Of a DNA stretch of 64,000 nt, positions 12,166 to 23,650 are shown one piece after another. This stretch comes from Octopus sinensis (lineage: Eukaryota). The stretch is from positions 13,020,001-13,084,000 of the forward strand of contig NC_043007.1 of the NCBI RefSeq assembly GCF_006345805.1, in the 5' to 3' direction. Each line of letters starts with the position of its first letter. Position 1 is the stretch's first letter. The notes under the pieces are model-generated. The model saw nothing but the letters and a program-made list of their open reading frames with translations, had not been told where the DNA came from and made no database searches. The position numbers and the translations under genes are program-made.

Positions 12166-12589
12166 TATACATGCACGCACGTACACAAGCACTGCCTATC
12201 TGTCCTGTCCCATGAAAGCATATCGTCTGTTTAGAGAAAGGTGGTTGGGTGTCTGTCCAAATGTGTCAGACAAACAGCCTAGTGATTATTAATTTTTTTT
12301 TTTAATATTCTGAGATTGGATTCTAATTTAGTCGTTCGTTCTTCCGGGTTGGATAAAAATAAAGAATTATATTCGATCGACTGTTCCCTCTCCTCCCTCA
12401 CTCCTATCTGTCATCTTGTGTCTAAGAAATTATTCTATTTACCAGCATTGTTCATCCGATTTGGCTGTGGTGTTGCATAGCCCCATGTCAGTTCTGGTCC
12501 AGTAGGCCTACGAACAAAAGCGTCCAAGCTGAGATAAAAAAAAAAACCTGATTTAAAAACGACGTAAATTGTACAAACACCGAAAGATT

Positions 12590-12930
12590 GCCGGGGGTGA
12601 TATTGATTAAGGAGTTTTGAGCTACTATTTCTAGCAGGCCGAGCAACCACTTCGAGGCTCCCTGGTCGGCTGGAAATCAGATAGATTCATGACTGAAACT
12701 GTATTTTCGTGGTCGTTCGCCCTGCTAGAAATAACTGTCAAACTGCCTTCAAATCACACTCTGCTGCTTATAAAGACAAAAGAAGGGTATATTGGAGAAT
12801 GTAACCGTTTATTTTACGTTCGATTTGTCTGAACAACTTTCTTTTTTAAATAATAGACTGGCCACTGCTGGCAAGTTTGAGCCCTGCCCAGCCAGGACTG
12901 ATCTGGGGCTATAACACTAACAACACCGCC
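12590..12930. mobile_element. Old dispersed repeat family E (CTGCTAGAAATAGCAGCC motif), two opposed fragments
   Basis: The motif and (CAA)-type end recur at ~865-1070, 17760-17870, 19650-19720, 24680-24900, 25260-25440, 31490-31730, 37170-37290, 46255-46330 and 51725-52000. Confidence 0.6.
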
Positions 12931-13080
12931 AGCTTTTATTATTTTGTTTCTATTACTTATCCTCTGTTTGTCTGTCTATCTATGTTTTTTTTTTTTTCAC
13001 TGTCTCTATCCCAATTATAAATGGATGCGAAGGCAGGTAAATTCTAAATTTTAAATTTTAAAAAATAACGCAAATAAATA

Positions 13081-13272
13081 GGTGCAGGAGTGGCTGTGTG
13101 GTAAGTAGCTTGCTTACCAACCACATGGTTCCGGGTTCAGTCCCACTGCGTGGCATCTTGGGCAAGTGTCTTCTACTATAGCCCCGGGCCGACCAATTCC
13201 TTGTGAGTGGATTTGGTAGACGGAAACTGAAAGAAGCCTGTCGTATATGTGTATATATATATATTATATATA

Positions 13273-13316
<44 letters not shown>

Positions 13317-13534
13317 TGTGTGTGTTTGTGTGTGTTTGTCCCCCTAGCATTGCTTGACAACCGATGCTGGTGTGTTTTACGTCCCCGTTACTTAGCGGTT
13401 CGGCAAAATGACCGATAGAATAAGTACTGGGCTTACAAAGAATAAGTCCCGGGGTCGATTTGCTGGATTAAAAAGGCGGTGCCCCAGCATGGCCGCAGTC
13501 AAATGACTGAAACAAGTAAAAGAGTAAAAGAGAG
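13081..13534 (+). mobile_element. Full-length SINE family A
   Basis: Complete match ending in (GTAAAAGA)n. Confidence 0.92.
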
Positions 13535-13878
13535 TTTCAAACACGAGCAACAATGAAAAGAGTAAAAAATATTAAAAAAAATAGAAACAAATCAAAGCAG
13601 AGCAAAAACACGAAAATGGCAGAAGTAAAACAACACTAAGAAGCTAGTCGTAGACATTTACCAAAACAAGGAACTTCCATCTCACACGTTTAGGATGTGT
13701 TGTTTTACAAGCGTGGAACAGAAACTACCAAAAAATAAGGTTTCGGTTCGGATGGGGGGAAGGAGGGAAAATGAAAACAAAACTTTGAGCAGACCAACTG
13801 TGTGTACATATAGCTGTATGTGCGTGTGTGTGTGTGTGTATGTGTTTGTGTGTATGTGTGTGTGTTTGTGTGTGTGTT

Positions 13879-13909
<31 letters not shown>

Positions 13910-13964
13910 ATGTGTGTGTTTGTGTGTGTGTGTGTGTATGTGTGTGTGTTTGTGTGTATGTGGC

Positions 13965-14352
13965 ACTCCGTCGGTTGCGACGACGAGGGTCCCAGTAGTT
14001 GATCCGATCAGCGGAACAGCCTGCTCGTGATATTAACGTGCAAGTGAAGTGGCTGAGCACTCCGCAGACACGTGTAGCCTTCACGTAAGTTCTCGGGGAG
14101 AGATTCAGGGTGACACTGAGTGTGACAAGGCTGGCCCTTTAAAAATGCAGGTACAACAGAAACAGGAAGAAAAAGTGAGAGAAAGTTGTGGCGAAAGAGT
14201 ACAACCGGGTTCGCCACCACCCTCTGCCGGAGCCCTGTGGGGCTTTTAAGTGTTTTCGCTCAATAAACAATCACAACGCCTGGTCCGTGAGTCGAAACCG
14301 CGATCCCACAACATCGAGACCGCTGCCCTAACCACCGGGCCATTGCGCCTCC
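13965..14352 (-). mobile_element. SINE with family C head and the tail found on the family D copy at 43155
   Basis: Head GGAGGCGCAATGGCCC.GTGGTTAGGGC as at 59711. 3' half matches 43168-43345. Confidence 0.85.
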
Positions 14353-14389
14353 ACACACACACACACACACAAACACACATTATTTTATT

Positions 14390-14581
14390 TTTTTGTTTGA
14401 CTGCGGCCAAGCTAGAGCACCGCCATTTTTAGTCGAACAAATCGACCCCAGGACTTATACTTTGTAAGCCCAGTACTTATTCTATCGGACTTTTCTGCCG
14501 AACCGCTAAGTTACGGGGTACGTAAATACACCAACATCGGTTGTCAAGCAATACGGGTGGGGGGGGACAAATAGACACAGA

Positions 14582-14626
<45 letters not shown>

Positions 14627-14893
14627 TGGAGCAGGCGTGACTATGTGATAAAAAATCTGATTCCCAATTACATGGTTCCGGGTTCAGTCCCACTGCGTGG
14701 CACCTTGAGCTTATAGTCTTCTATTGTAGCCTCGGGCCGACAGAGCCTTGTGAGTGAACTTGGTAGACGGAAACTGAAAGAATCCCGTCGTATATATACG
14801 TATACATATATATATACGTATATATATAATATATTATATATATATATATAGATATATATATATATATTCTATATATATATGTATATATATATC

Positions 14894-14927
<34 letters not shown>

Positions 14928-15155
14928 CGTGTGTGTGTTTATGTACGATGTGTGTGTGTGTTGTTTTGTGCTTGTGTTTGTCACCCCTATCTCCGCTTGA
15001 CAACAGATGTTGATTTGTAACTTAGCGGCTCAACAGAAGGAACCGATAGAATAAGTACTAGGGTTAAAAAGAAGTTCTAGGGTCGATTTGTTCGATTAAA
15101 TAACCCTTCAGTGCGGTGCCCCAGCATGGCCACAGTCAAATGACTGAAACAAGTA
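14390..15155. mobile_element. SINE family A 3' half (-, 14390-14580) and a full copy (+, 14628-15155)
   Basis: Family blocks in opposite orientations. Confidence 0.85.
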
Positions 15156-15565
15156 GAGCGGCTGAGGAGTGGACATTGTGGTGATGCTGCAAGACAAAAC
15201 GGTTGATTTTGCTGTTTAGCGCAGTTCAACCCAGATCGGGCCGTCGTATGATCAGAGAAGTCCCAGCTGGGGCCCCATCTCCTCTTTTACTCTTTAATCT
15301 CTTTTACTTGTTTCAGTCATTTGACTGCGGCCATGCTGGAGCACCGCCTTTAGTCGAGCAAATCGACCCCGGGACTTATTCTTTGTAGGCCTAGTACTTA
15401 TTCTATCCGTCTCTCTTTTGCCGAACCGCTAAGTTACGGGGACGTAAACACCAACATCGGTTGTCAAGCGATGTTGGGGGTTGGGGGACAAACACAGACA
15501 CATAAACATACACACACACACACACCACCCACACACACACATATATATATATATATTTATATGTA

Positions 15566-15613
<48 letters not shown>

Positions 15614-15631
15614 TACTTTTATATATGTGTT

Positions 15632-15664
<33 letters not shown>

Positions 15665-15665
15665 G

Positions 15666-15710
<45 letters not shown>

Positions 15711-15759
15711 GTATGTGTATATATATATATATATATATATTATTTATATGTATGTGTAA

Positions 15760-15791
<32 letters not shown>

Positions 15792-15802
15792 TTTATGTAT
15801 GT

Positions 15803-15857
<55 letters not shown>

Positions 15858-15871
15858 ATATATACATATAT

Positions 15872-16232
15872 CATTAATAATAAAGGGTGAAATTAATTAA
15901 TTTAGAAATAATCATTAATTTCACCAAGTAGAGTTCGGCATGTAAAAGACCCATTCAAGGATGGTTTAAGTAATACTAAGTAATTAAGGGTTCAGCAACG
16001 ATTTGCCTCTGCAATGACTTAATTCCGAAACGTGCGTCCGTAGGTAACTTAATATAGAATGATTTTCGTTATTTCTTTCTCTTTTACCTGCGTTGTTTTT
16101 TTTTTTTAAGTGCTTTGGGTTTACTGGGATCTCCCTTTTAAGTAGAAAGAATAGCCAAAACTTTTTGACTGCTATTTCTAAATTCGGTGTGTGGTGAGGC
16201 AAATCGTTGCTGAACCCTTAATTACTTAGTAT
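15872..16232. mobile_element. Penelope-like remnant with inverted segment and the 3' half of a hammerhead motif
   Basis: Homologous to 8440-8755. GAAAC-GTGC-GTC at 16027-16038. Confidence 0.6.
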
Positions 16233-16251
16233 ATATATATATATATATATG

Positions 16252-16445
16252 TATATTAGAAGAAATGAGGTACTCAGAAATTCTGATGGTTTTATATTTT
16301 CAGATATTTATTTGTATATTGTATGTGGGAGAAAGCGCTAATAAATGATCTAAGTTATATGATTATAAAAACATGTAATATACAAATAAATATCTCTAAA
16401 TATAAAAGCATCCGAATTTCTGAGTACCTCATTTCTTCTAATATA
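16252..16445. repeat. Foldback element with ~70-bp inverted arms
   Basis: TATATTAGAAGAAATGAGGTACTCAGAAATTC... / ...GAATTTCTGAGTACCTCATTTCTTCTAATATA. Confidence 0.8.
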
Positions 16446-17169
16446 TAATACCTGTACATCATCTCCAAACCTTCCAATATATATACATATAGACGACGGT
16501 CTTCTTTCAGTTTCCGTTACCAAATTCACTCACAAGGCTTTAATCGGCCCGAGGCTATAGTAGAAGACACTTGCCCAAGGTGCCACGCAGTGGGACTGAA
16601 CCCGGAACCATATGGTTGGTAAGCAAGCTACTTACCACACAGCCACTCAACATGCTCTCTTTGTGCAAGAGAAGCTAGGGCTACATTACCCAGCGTGTCC
16701 TTTTGTCTGCCGGTGGAGTGTGTAGTTCGGGTGTGTGTATGTGGGGGGGGGATTCGGCTTCTATTTTTAGCAGTTGCGAGCGACCACGTAGGGGTAACCC
16801 TCGTTGGCTCGAAGCCGAAAGGGTGTTTTGCGGTGTCTGTCAAAAAGTTGGATTTCTCAGTGCGTGTGTGTGTGTGTGTGTTTATAGTTTTCGCTTTTAC
16901 TCATTCATTATTTACATTTTTTTTTGTTTTTTAGCTGTCTATCAGACTACTCCCTTCTCTGCTTATCTTTGTGTGTCCCCTGTGAAACAAGGTTGCTGGT
17001 AGGAGGGAGGGGGGAAAGCATTCACCTCCCCCCCTCCGCCATCCCACACACTGTACACAAACATATACGTACTCATTTTATCTCATTTTATCTGGTTATC
17101 TGTTCCTTTATCAATCTGTCTGTTATACACACACACAAACACGCACACACATACAGTCTCTTTCTCTCT

Positions 17170-17217
<48 letters not shown>

Positions 17218-18323
17218 ATTCGCAGTCACTTTAGTGATGTATATACATATATGTGTGTGTGTATATATATATATGTGTGTGTGTGTGTATATGTGTTATA
17301 TATATATATATATATATATATACCCACACACACACATACATACCTGTATGCGTTTGTAAATCTTTCGATATACATGCATACATAATTAATATCTCTCTGT
17401 ATCTCTCTGTATATATATACACACACACAGAGTATATATATATATATATACAGAGAGGGGGCGATGGAGAGAGAGAGAGTGACGTATCTATCTAAAGATA
17501 AACGTATAGATTAGACAGATTTAAAAAATAAGTCTCTACCAAGAAGAAACCTCGGTGTAGGGGAGCGGGTGGCTGGAGAGCGAGAGTCGATGATTTGGAA
17601 TCGGTGATATTCGTACGGTAAGTCTTTTAGAGAAGTGATAAGGACGGTCTTAGCAAACCATCTTCTGAAAAAGCAGAAATCAAGGAAAAGAGAGGCGGAA
17701 GGGCAGATAAAGAGGGAGAGAGGGCGCCACTAGCCATCGCAATATAGAAGTGAAAAGCAAAGGCGATGATGGTTGTTGTCTAGTCTCAAGGTCGGCCCTC
17801 ATTTACCAGACCTACAATAAACGACACTCCAGCTGCGACCATCCTGTATTTTTCTACCAGGCGTAATGTACGTTGGAATTATCGGTACTCCTTAAGATGA
17901 GTTGACCCGACGCGCGCACCCGCGCTAGTCGGTGGACACACGCACCCGCGATAATCGGTGGACACACGCACCCGCGTCAGTCAGTGGTATCCGCGATAAA
18001 AAAAAACCCCTCTGCATGTATAAATATGTGTAAACTGTAAATCGGACGGGGGGGGGGGGCGGAGATTTTGTGTACTCCCATTATACTCTTGAATCTGCGT
18101 TTTGTATTTTTCCAGTAATGTCCAACTGAGTTTCTTTGGAGGGAAAAATATGGGAAGACCGGGGATGAATGTTTTCGGAACAGTCTAAAACCCCTTTCAG
18201 AATGGTTCTCTTTTGAATAACATTTTATTTCATTATTTTCACTTTTCTTTATGACTACTTTTGAGTAACATCTTATCTCAAATTCAAAATTTGTTTCATT
18301 AGATAGATAGATAAATAAATATT

Positions 18324-18356
<33 letters not shown>

Positions 18357-18357
<1 letters not shown>

Positions 18358-18695
18358 TGTTTCTTTATTGGCCACATAGGGCTGAACACAGAGGGGACAA
18401 ATTACAAAGTAGAGCTTTTCTTTTTGGGGAGAAAAAATAAAATAAAAGGGGGGTAGGTTTTCGATCAAAAGGGGTCGTAAAAAAGAAAGAAAAAAAAAAC
18501 GATCGATAGGGATCGTGTATCGTAAAGTGTAAAGGGGGAAACAGATAAGGTTTATCCGTGGAGAGAAAAGCCTACGGAAAAGACCACGGTAACCTCGGTC
18601 AATAATGTCACATGTTAACACATTTATTTGCAAGTAAGTAACTCTCTGTTTTAAATTTTTCATAGGATTATGCTCAAGGTGGCTTCGTCATTCAT
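18357..18695 (-). mobile_element. 5'-truncated L1/Tx1-like LINE 3' end inside (GATA)n
   Basis: Reverse strand reads last codons MNDEATLSIIL*, a T-rich 3' UTR, AATAAA, then (TATC)n. Confidence 0.65.
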
Positions 18696-18719
18696 ATAGA
18701 TGGATAGATAGATAGATAA

Positions 18720-18757
<38 letters not shown>

Positions 18758-18758
<1 letters not shown>

Positions 18759-19090
18759 TGTTTCTTTATTGGCCACATGGGGCTGAACACAGAGGGGACA
18801 AATTACAAAGTAGAGCTTTTCTTTTTGGGGAAAAAAAAAAAAAGGGGGGTAGGTTTTCGATCAAAAAGGGTCGTAAAAAAGAAAGAAAAAACGATCGATA
18901 GTATCGTGTATCGTAAAGTGTAAAGGGAAACAGATAAGGTTTATCCGTGGAGAGAAAAGCCTACAGAAAAGACCACGGTAACCTCGGTCAATAATGTCAC
19001 ATGTTACCACATATATTTGCAAGTAAGTACTCTCTGTTTTTAAATTTTTCCGGGTTCATAGGATATGCTCAAGGTGGCTTCGTCATTCAT
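18758..19090 (-). mobile_element. Tandem duplicate of the same LINE 3' end (indel-rich)
   Basis: Same 5' truncation point as 18357-18695. Confidence 0.65.
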
Positions 19091-19154
19091 ATGATATAAA
19101 GATAGATGGATGTATGCCCTATCCGATTTACAGTTTACAACATCTTTATACATA

Positions 19155-19514
19155 CTCTTTTACTTGTTCAGTCATTTGATGCGGCCTGCCTGGAGCACCG
19201 CCTTTATTTTCTTTGTAAGCCCAGTACTTATTCTATCGTCTCTTTTTGCGAACCCGCTAGTAAACGGGACATAAACACACCAGCATCCGGTTGTCAAGCA
19301 ATGCTAGGGGGACAACACACTCACAGGACACACAAACAACCATCACACGCATATATTATATATACATATATCGACGGGCTTCTTTCAGTTTCCGTCTACC
19401 AAATCCACTCACAAGCTTTGGTCGGCCTAGGCTATAGTAGAAGACACTTGCCCAAGGTGTCACGCATTGGACTGAACCCCGAAACCATGTGGCTGGTAAC
19501 AAGCTACTTACCAC
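19155..19514 (-). mobile_element. SINE family A with many single-base indels
   Basis: Matches the family, but with scattered 1-nt deletions. Confidence 0.8.
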
Positions 19515-19780
19515 GTTTTTTTTTTTTTTTTAATCACGGGTGCCACTGACTTGCGCGTGTATGCGTCCGTCTGTCTGCTGACTTGTGCGGGTGCGCGCGT
19601 CGGGTCATTCTTTGTAAGTAGTACCGGAATTATATTAATCCAATGTTTGAAAAATCGCTGGCTGTGATTTGAAGGAGTATTTAGCTGTCATTTCTAGCAA
19701 ATCGAAAGACTACATTGGGGCACTCGTTTTTGTGTCTCAGTAATTGAAATAACGGTCACGGGACGTAGGCTGGTTGCGAG

Positions 19781-19843
<63 letters not shown>

Positions 19844-20063
19844 CACAGATAGAAGAACTTAGCTATCGAGTAGAGGAAGTAAAAAGATAGGGAAGATGAA
19901 ATAAAGTTTGAAAGTAGATATGGATGTGGCGGGTGGCCTTCAAGAGAAGTGACTGACATTTATCAGTTTTCTGGTTTTTTTCGCTCTCTCTTGTCAAGAA
20001 GGAAAATGATGGGAGATCTGGTACGGCAGCCTTAACTTGGCGGGTGTTCTGTCACGTGTCATG

Positions 20064-20098
<35 letters not shown>

Positions 20099-20219
20099 AT
20101 TACATACGCAAACACACACACACTCACACACACGTACACAAAATCAGTTTAATTTTGTTTATTAACCATCCTGACCAAAGACAAGTTTATACAAAAAGTC
20201 CCATTCTACACACACACGC

Positions 20220-20550
20220 ACACACACATGAACTTACACACACACACACACATGAACTTACACACACACACATATGAACTTATACACACACACACACGAG
20301 CTTACACACACACACACACACACACACGAACTTACACACACACACACACACACATGAACTTACACACACACATCCACGAACTTACACACAACACCACACA
20401 AGCGAACTTTCAACACGCACACACAACACAACTTACACACACACACACACGACTTACACCACCACACACACATACACGAACTTACACACACACACACACA
20501 CGAACTTACACACGCACATACACACACGGACTTACACACACACGAACTTA
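20220..20550. repeat. Compound minisatellite GAACTT(AC)n
   Basis: Repeated AYGAACTTACACACAC units of variable length. Confidence 0.85.
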
Positions 20551-20874
20551 AAGATACAAATGCAATGTGTGTGTGTGTGGGGGATCTATTCGAAGTTTCA
20601 AACTGTTTAGTTAAAAAAATCTGTCATTGAGATGGAATAGATCCTGTGTGAATATGTGTGTGTGTGTGTGTGTGTGTATGTGTGTGTGTGGATCCCTGCG
20701 TTATGTTCCTGAAAATTTTACTTGACAATTTCCGTAGGGCGCATTATCCAGCGGTTAGGATGGTTGCATCGCGCGACCTAATATCGTGGTTTCGATTCCC
20801 AGACCGGGTGGTGCGTAGGGTGGGTTCTTGGGCAAAACATTTCTTTTCACATTACTCTAGTCCACTCAGTTATA

Positions 20875-21265
20875 TATTTCTTTACTGCCCACAAGGGGCT
20901 AAACATAGAGGGGACAAAAAAGACAGACAAGGGGATTAAGTCGATTACATCGACCCCAGTGGGAAACTGTACTTTATTTTCGACCCGAAAGATGAAAGCA
21001 CAGTCGACCTCGGCGGAATTTGAACTCAGAACGTACGACAGACGAAATACCTATTTCTTTATTACCCACAAGGGGCTAAACACAGAGGGGACAACAAGGA
21101 CAGACAAAGGGATTAATTCGATTACATCGACCCCAGTGGGAGACTGGTACTTTATTTATCGACCACGAAAGGATGAAAGGCAAAGTCGACCTCGGCGGAA
21201 TTTGAACTCAGAACGTAACGACAGATGAAATACCGCTAAGCATTTCGCCCGGCGTGCTAACGTTT
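20875..21265 (-). mobile_element. SINE family B dimer (tail 1 twice)
   Basis: Two Nin-plus-tail-1 units behind one partial head. Confidence 0.85.
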
Positions 21266-21281
21266 CTTCAGTTATAAATTG

Positions 21282-21717
21282 AGGATCTCGTTACAGTTCT
21301 TCCAAGCATTCGAGGTTTTCCAAGTTTTCTCCAGGTTATTTTCCAAAAATATTTTTCTGATGTAGTTATATAGGCATGTCTTTATAACACAGACGCTACG
21401 TACTACAGGCATCCCCCACATTACGGAAGCATTCCTAAAAACCCGTAACGTGGAGTTCCGCAATGCGAAACGCACTTCCATGTTGACTTCCATGTCGATT
21501 GATTTCAATGTAATATGGTAGCCTATGGTGAAATAAGTTTCGCGTTATGGAATTCCACGTTACGACAATATTTTCATGGACGATGTGTTTCCGTAACACG
21601 GGGAAGACCATAGTTTGTTTTCATTGGCTTGGTCGTGAGGAACATTCTATGAAAATAATCTGGCGAAAATTAAATTTGAACAGCTTCGGTTGGCTGGAAG
21701 AAATTTGTCAGGATCCT
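21282..21717. mobile_element. Old MITE-like element with ~65-bp degenerate TIRs
   Basis: AGGATC..TTCTTCCA..CCAGGTTATTTTC / GAAAATAATCTGG..TGGAAGAA..GATCCT. Interior repeated in inverted orientation at 23997-24276. Confidence 0.55.
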
Positions 21718-21908
21718 AAATGAGTAAACCTACGATTGATTGGCGTTCCGTCCAGGGGGAATGTTGGCCTACCCACCTAGCCAGCGAGTGGCATCATTCG
21801 AAATCAGTGCGAGGAAGCGCATTGTGACCAGCAGTGTATTACATCATCCGATAGCCTCATCGATTCAGTCTGTCTGTCTGTGTGTATGTCTGTCTGGCTG
21901 TCTGTCTG

Positions 21909-21941
<33 letters not shown>

Positions 21942-22111
21942 TCAATTCAATTTGGGTATGAACTGTCTAGTTTGCCTTATAAAGCTTATCCACGGGTATC
22001 GGCTATCAGATGCTGTTTTACAACGAAAACCAGTCGTATTACTGAAGTTACATTCGGAAATCCAAACTATCCCTTGAGTATATATATATATAGTATATTA
22101 TATATATATTA

Positions 22112-22160
<49 letters not shown>

Positions 22161-22311
22161 AGTAGACAATGAATTATCCTTATTACGGATAATTCGAAAG
22201 CTAACTGATACCTGGGTAGCAAACTCACAAACAGATCATTATCTCTATGGGCTCCTAGTGAGCAGTCAGCGAAAAAACGTTGTGCATTTGTTGGAGAATT
22301 AAGTTCCTAGA

Positions 22312-22395
22312 TTTTCCTGAAGAGAAAGCTGCATAATGGACTCCTTATTCATTCGGAATTAGGGATTTTGCAGACTTCGAAACATATGTCGAAAA
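22312..22395 (+). ncRNA. Type I hammerhead ribozyme motif (minimal, Penelope-like-element type)
   Basis: Helix I TTTTC/GAAAA; core CTGAAGA (22317-22323); helix II GAAAGCTGCA...TGCAGACTTC; GAAAC (22379-22383); palindromic helix III ACATATGT; cleavage triplet GTC (22388-22390). Confidence 0.75.
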
Positions 22396-22456
22396 TAAAA
22401 ATAAAGGAACTTTGTTAAATCTTCGTTCAGCTCCATTCTTTCCTATACTTAATATA

Positions 22457-22515
<59 letters not shown>

Positions 22516-22790
22516 CAATACTGATGTAATGTAATGAATCTGGTGTATTTATTATATAATATTTTGGCAATTATCTGCTGGCAAGGTGAAGATGGAACAG
22601 TTGTAACATTATGCGATAAAGCGTGTTTGCTTAATCCAATTTCTCCTGTTTACACATTTAAAAAATATATATATATCAAAGGTCACTCGACTGATTGTTC
22701 ACTTGCCTTTCTTTCGGTAACCACAAACATTATATCTTTGTTATAAATATCATCTGTATTCTGCCATTTGTATGTGTTATATATGTTTTA

Positions 22791-23302
22791 CTAGCTTAAA
22801 AGCCGCCCGATATGGTGGCTTTTTAAGCTGGTATATTGCTTTGAAGCTACAGAACTCGAATAGGAAGATCTGCAAACAGATCTCTGACTTGTTTTGGAGA
22901 ATTTGTTGCAATTGCTTCCTCCAGAGTCATATCCCGATGATGATCATATTCGTCGCAAAATAAATCACGTGAAAAAATCGCTGAAAGTAATCCCTGGATT
23001 TTGCAATTATTTTCGATTATTCCCGAAATTTATTTCCAAGTTATGAAAATTATCGTACAAAAAAATCCATTGCAAAAAATCACGTAAAAAAAAAAAAGCG
23101 CCGAAAACAATTGCAGTAATGAAAATTTGGGAATTCACTATTTCAGGATTGTGGGTCCAGATTCGACCTGGAATGTTTTAAAATTTATTCGCAGAGTTGG
23201 CCCGATTCCATAATGGTATATGTTGGTCTACGGCCTCTAGGTATTAAAGTTGCAAACAGCGTGACACACTGACACACTAACATTTGCATTTATTATATTA
23301 GA
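22791..23302 (-). mobile_element. Non-autonomous Helitron-like element
   Basis: On the minus strand: A^TCTAATATAATA...CTAG^T, with a terminal hairpin GCTTAAAAGCCGCC/GGTGGCTTTTTAAGC. Confidence 0.65.
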
Positions 23303-23419
23303 TGTATGCGTATCAGATCATGTTAAAACTGAAATTCAGAAGTCTCTAATACCAAGAGACTTTATAATTACTCTGTGTAGCACCAATATAACCATCTAGT
23401 AAAGTTTTTTTCCCCGAGT

Positions 23420-23650
23420 CATAGACTCATAGGGCCGGTTTCCTGCTTTCATGGCGTATATATTCTCCCACCTGGACGGGACGGCGGTCCGTCATAGGAT
23501 TACTCATTTTTGCCAGCTGAGTGGACTGGAGGAAACGTGAAATGAAGTATTTAGCTCAAGAAAACAACACGTCGCCTGGTCCAAGAATCGAAACCATAAT
23601 CTTGCGATCATTAGTCCAACACTCTAACCACTAAACGACGTGTCTTCACT
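23420..23650 (-). mobile_element. SINE family D with V-domain-like tail
   Basis: Matches 63505-63737. Confidence 0.8.

Larger units (their letters stand above)
15283..16648 (-). mobile_element. SINE family A split by ~1 kb of expanded (TA)n and two foldback insertions
   Basis: The 3' half (15283-15510) and 5' half (16493-16648) are colinear parts of one copy. Confidence 0.8.
17884..19625 (-). mobile_element. Merlin-like (IS1595-related) DNA transposon relic carrying nested retroelements
   Basis: ~110-120-bp imperfect TIRs starting GGTAC, with internal sub-repeats. Flanks GGAATTATC/GGAATTATA. Minus-strand NSVGHYWKNTKRRFKSIMGVH at ~18067-18135. Confidence 0.7.
20735..21865 (+). mobile_element. 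Old tRNA/CORE SINE split into head (20735-20870) and tail (21717-21865)
   Basis: Head ends CCACTCAG and resumes at AAATGAGTAAACCTACGATTGATTGGCGTTCCGTCCAGG, colinear with the family D V-domain-like tail. Confidence 0.55.

Noticed and set aside
17977-18663. 228-aa ORF
   Set aside because: Chance read-through of a LINE UTR, (TATC)n and a short transposase remnant; not a gene.
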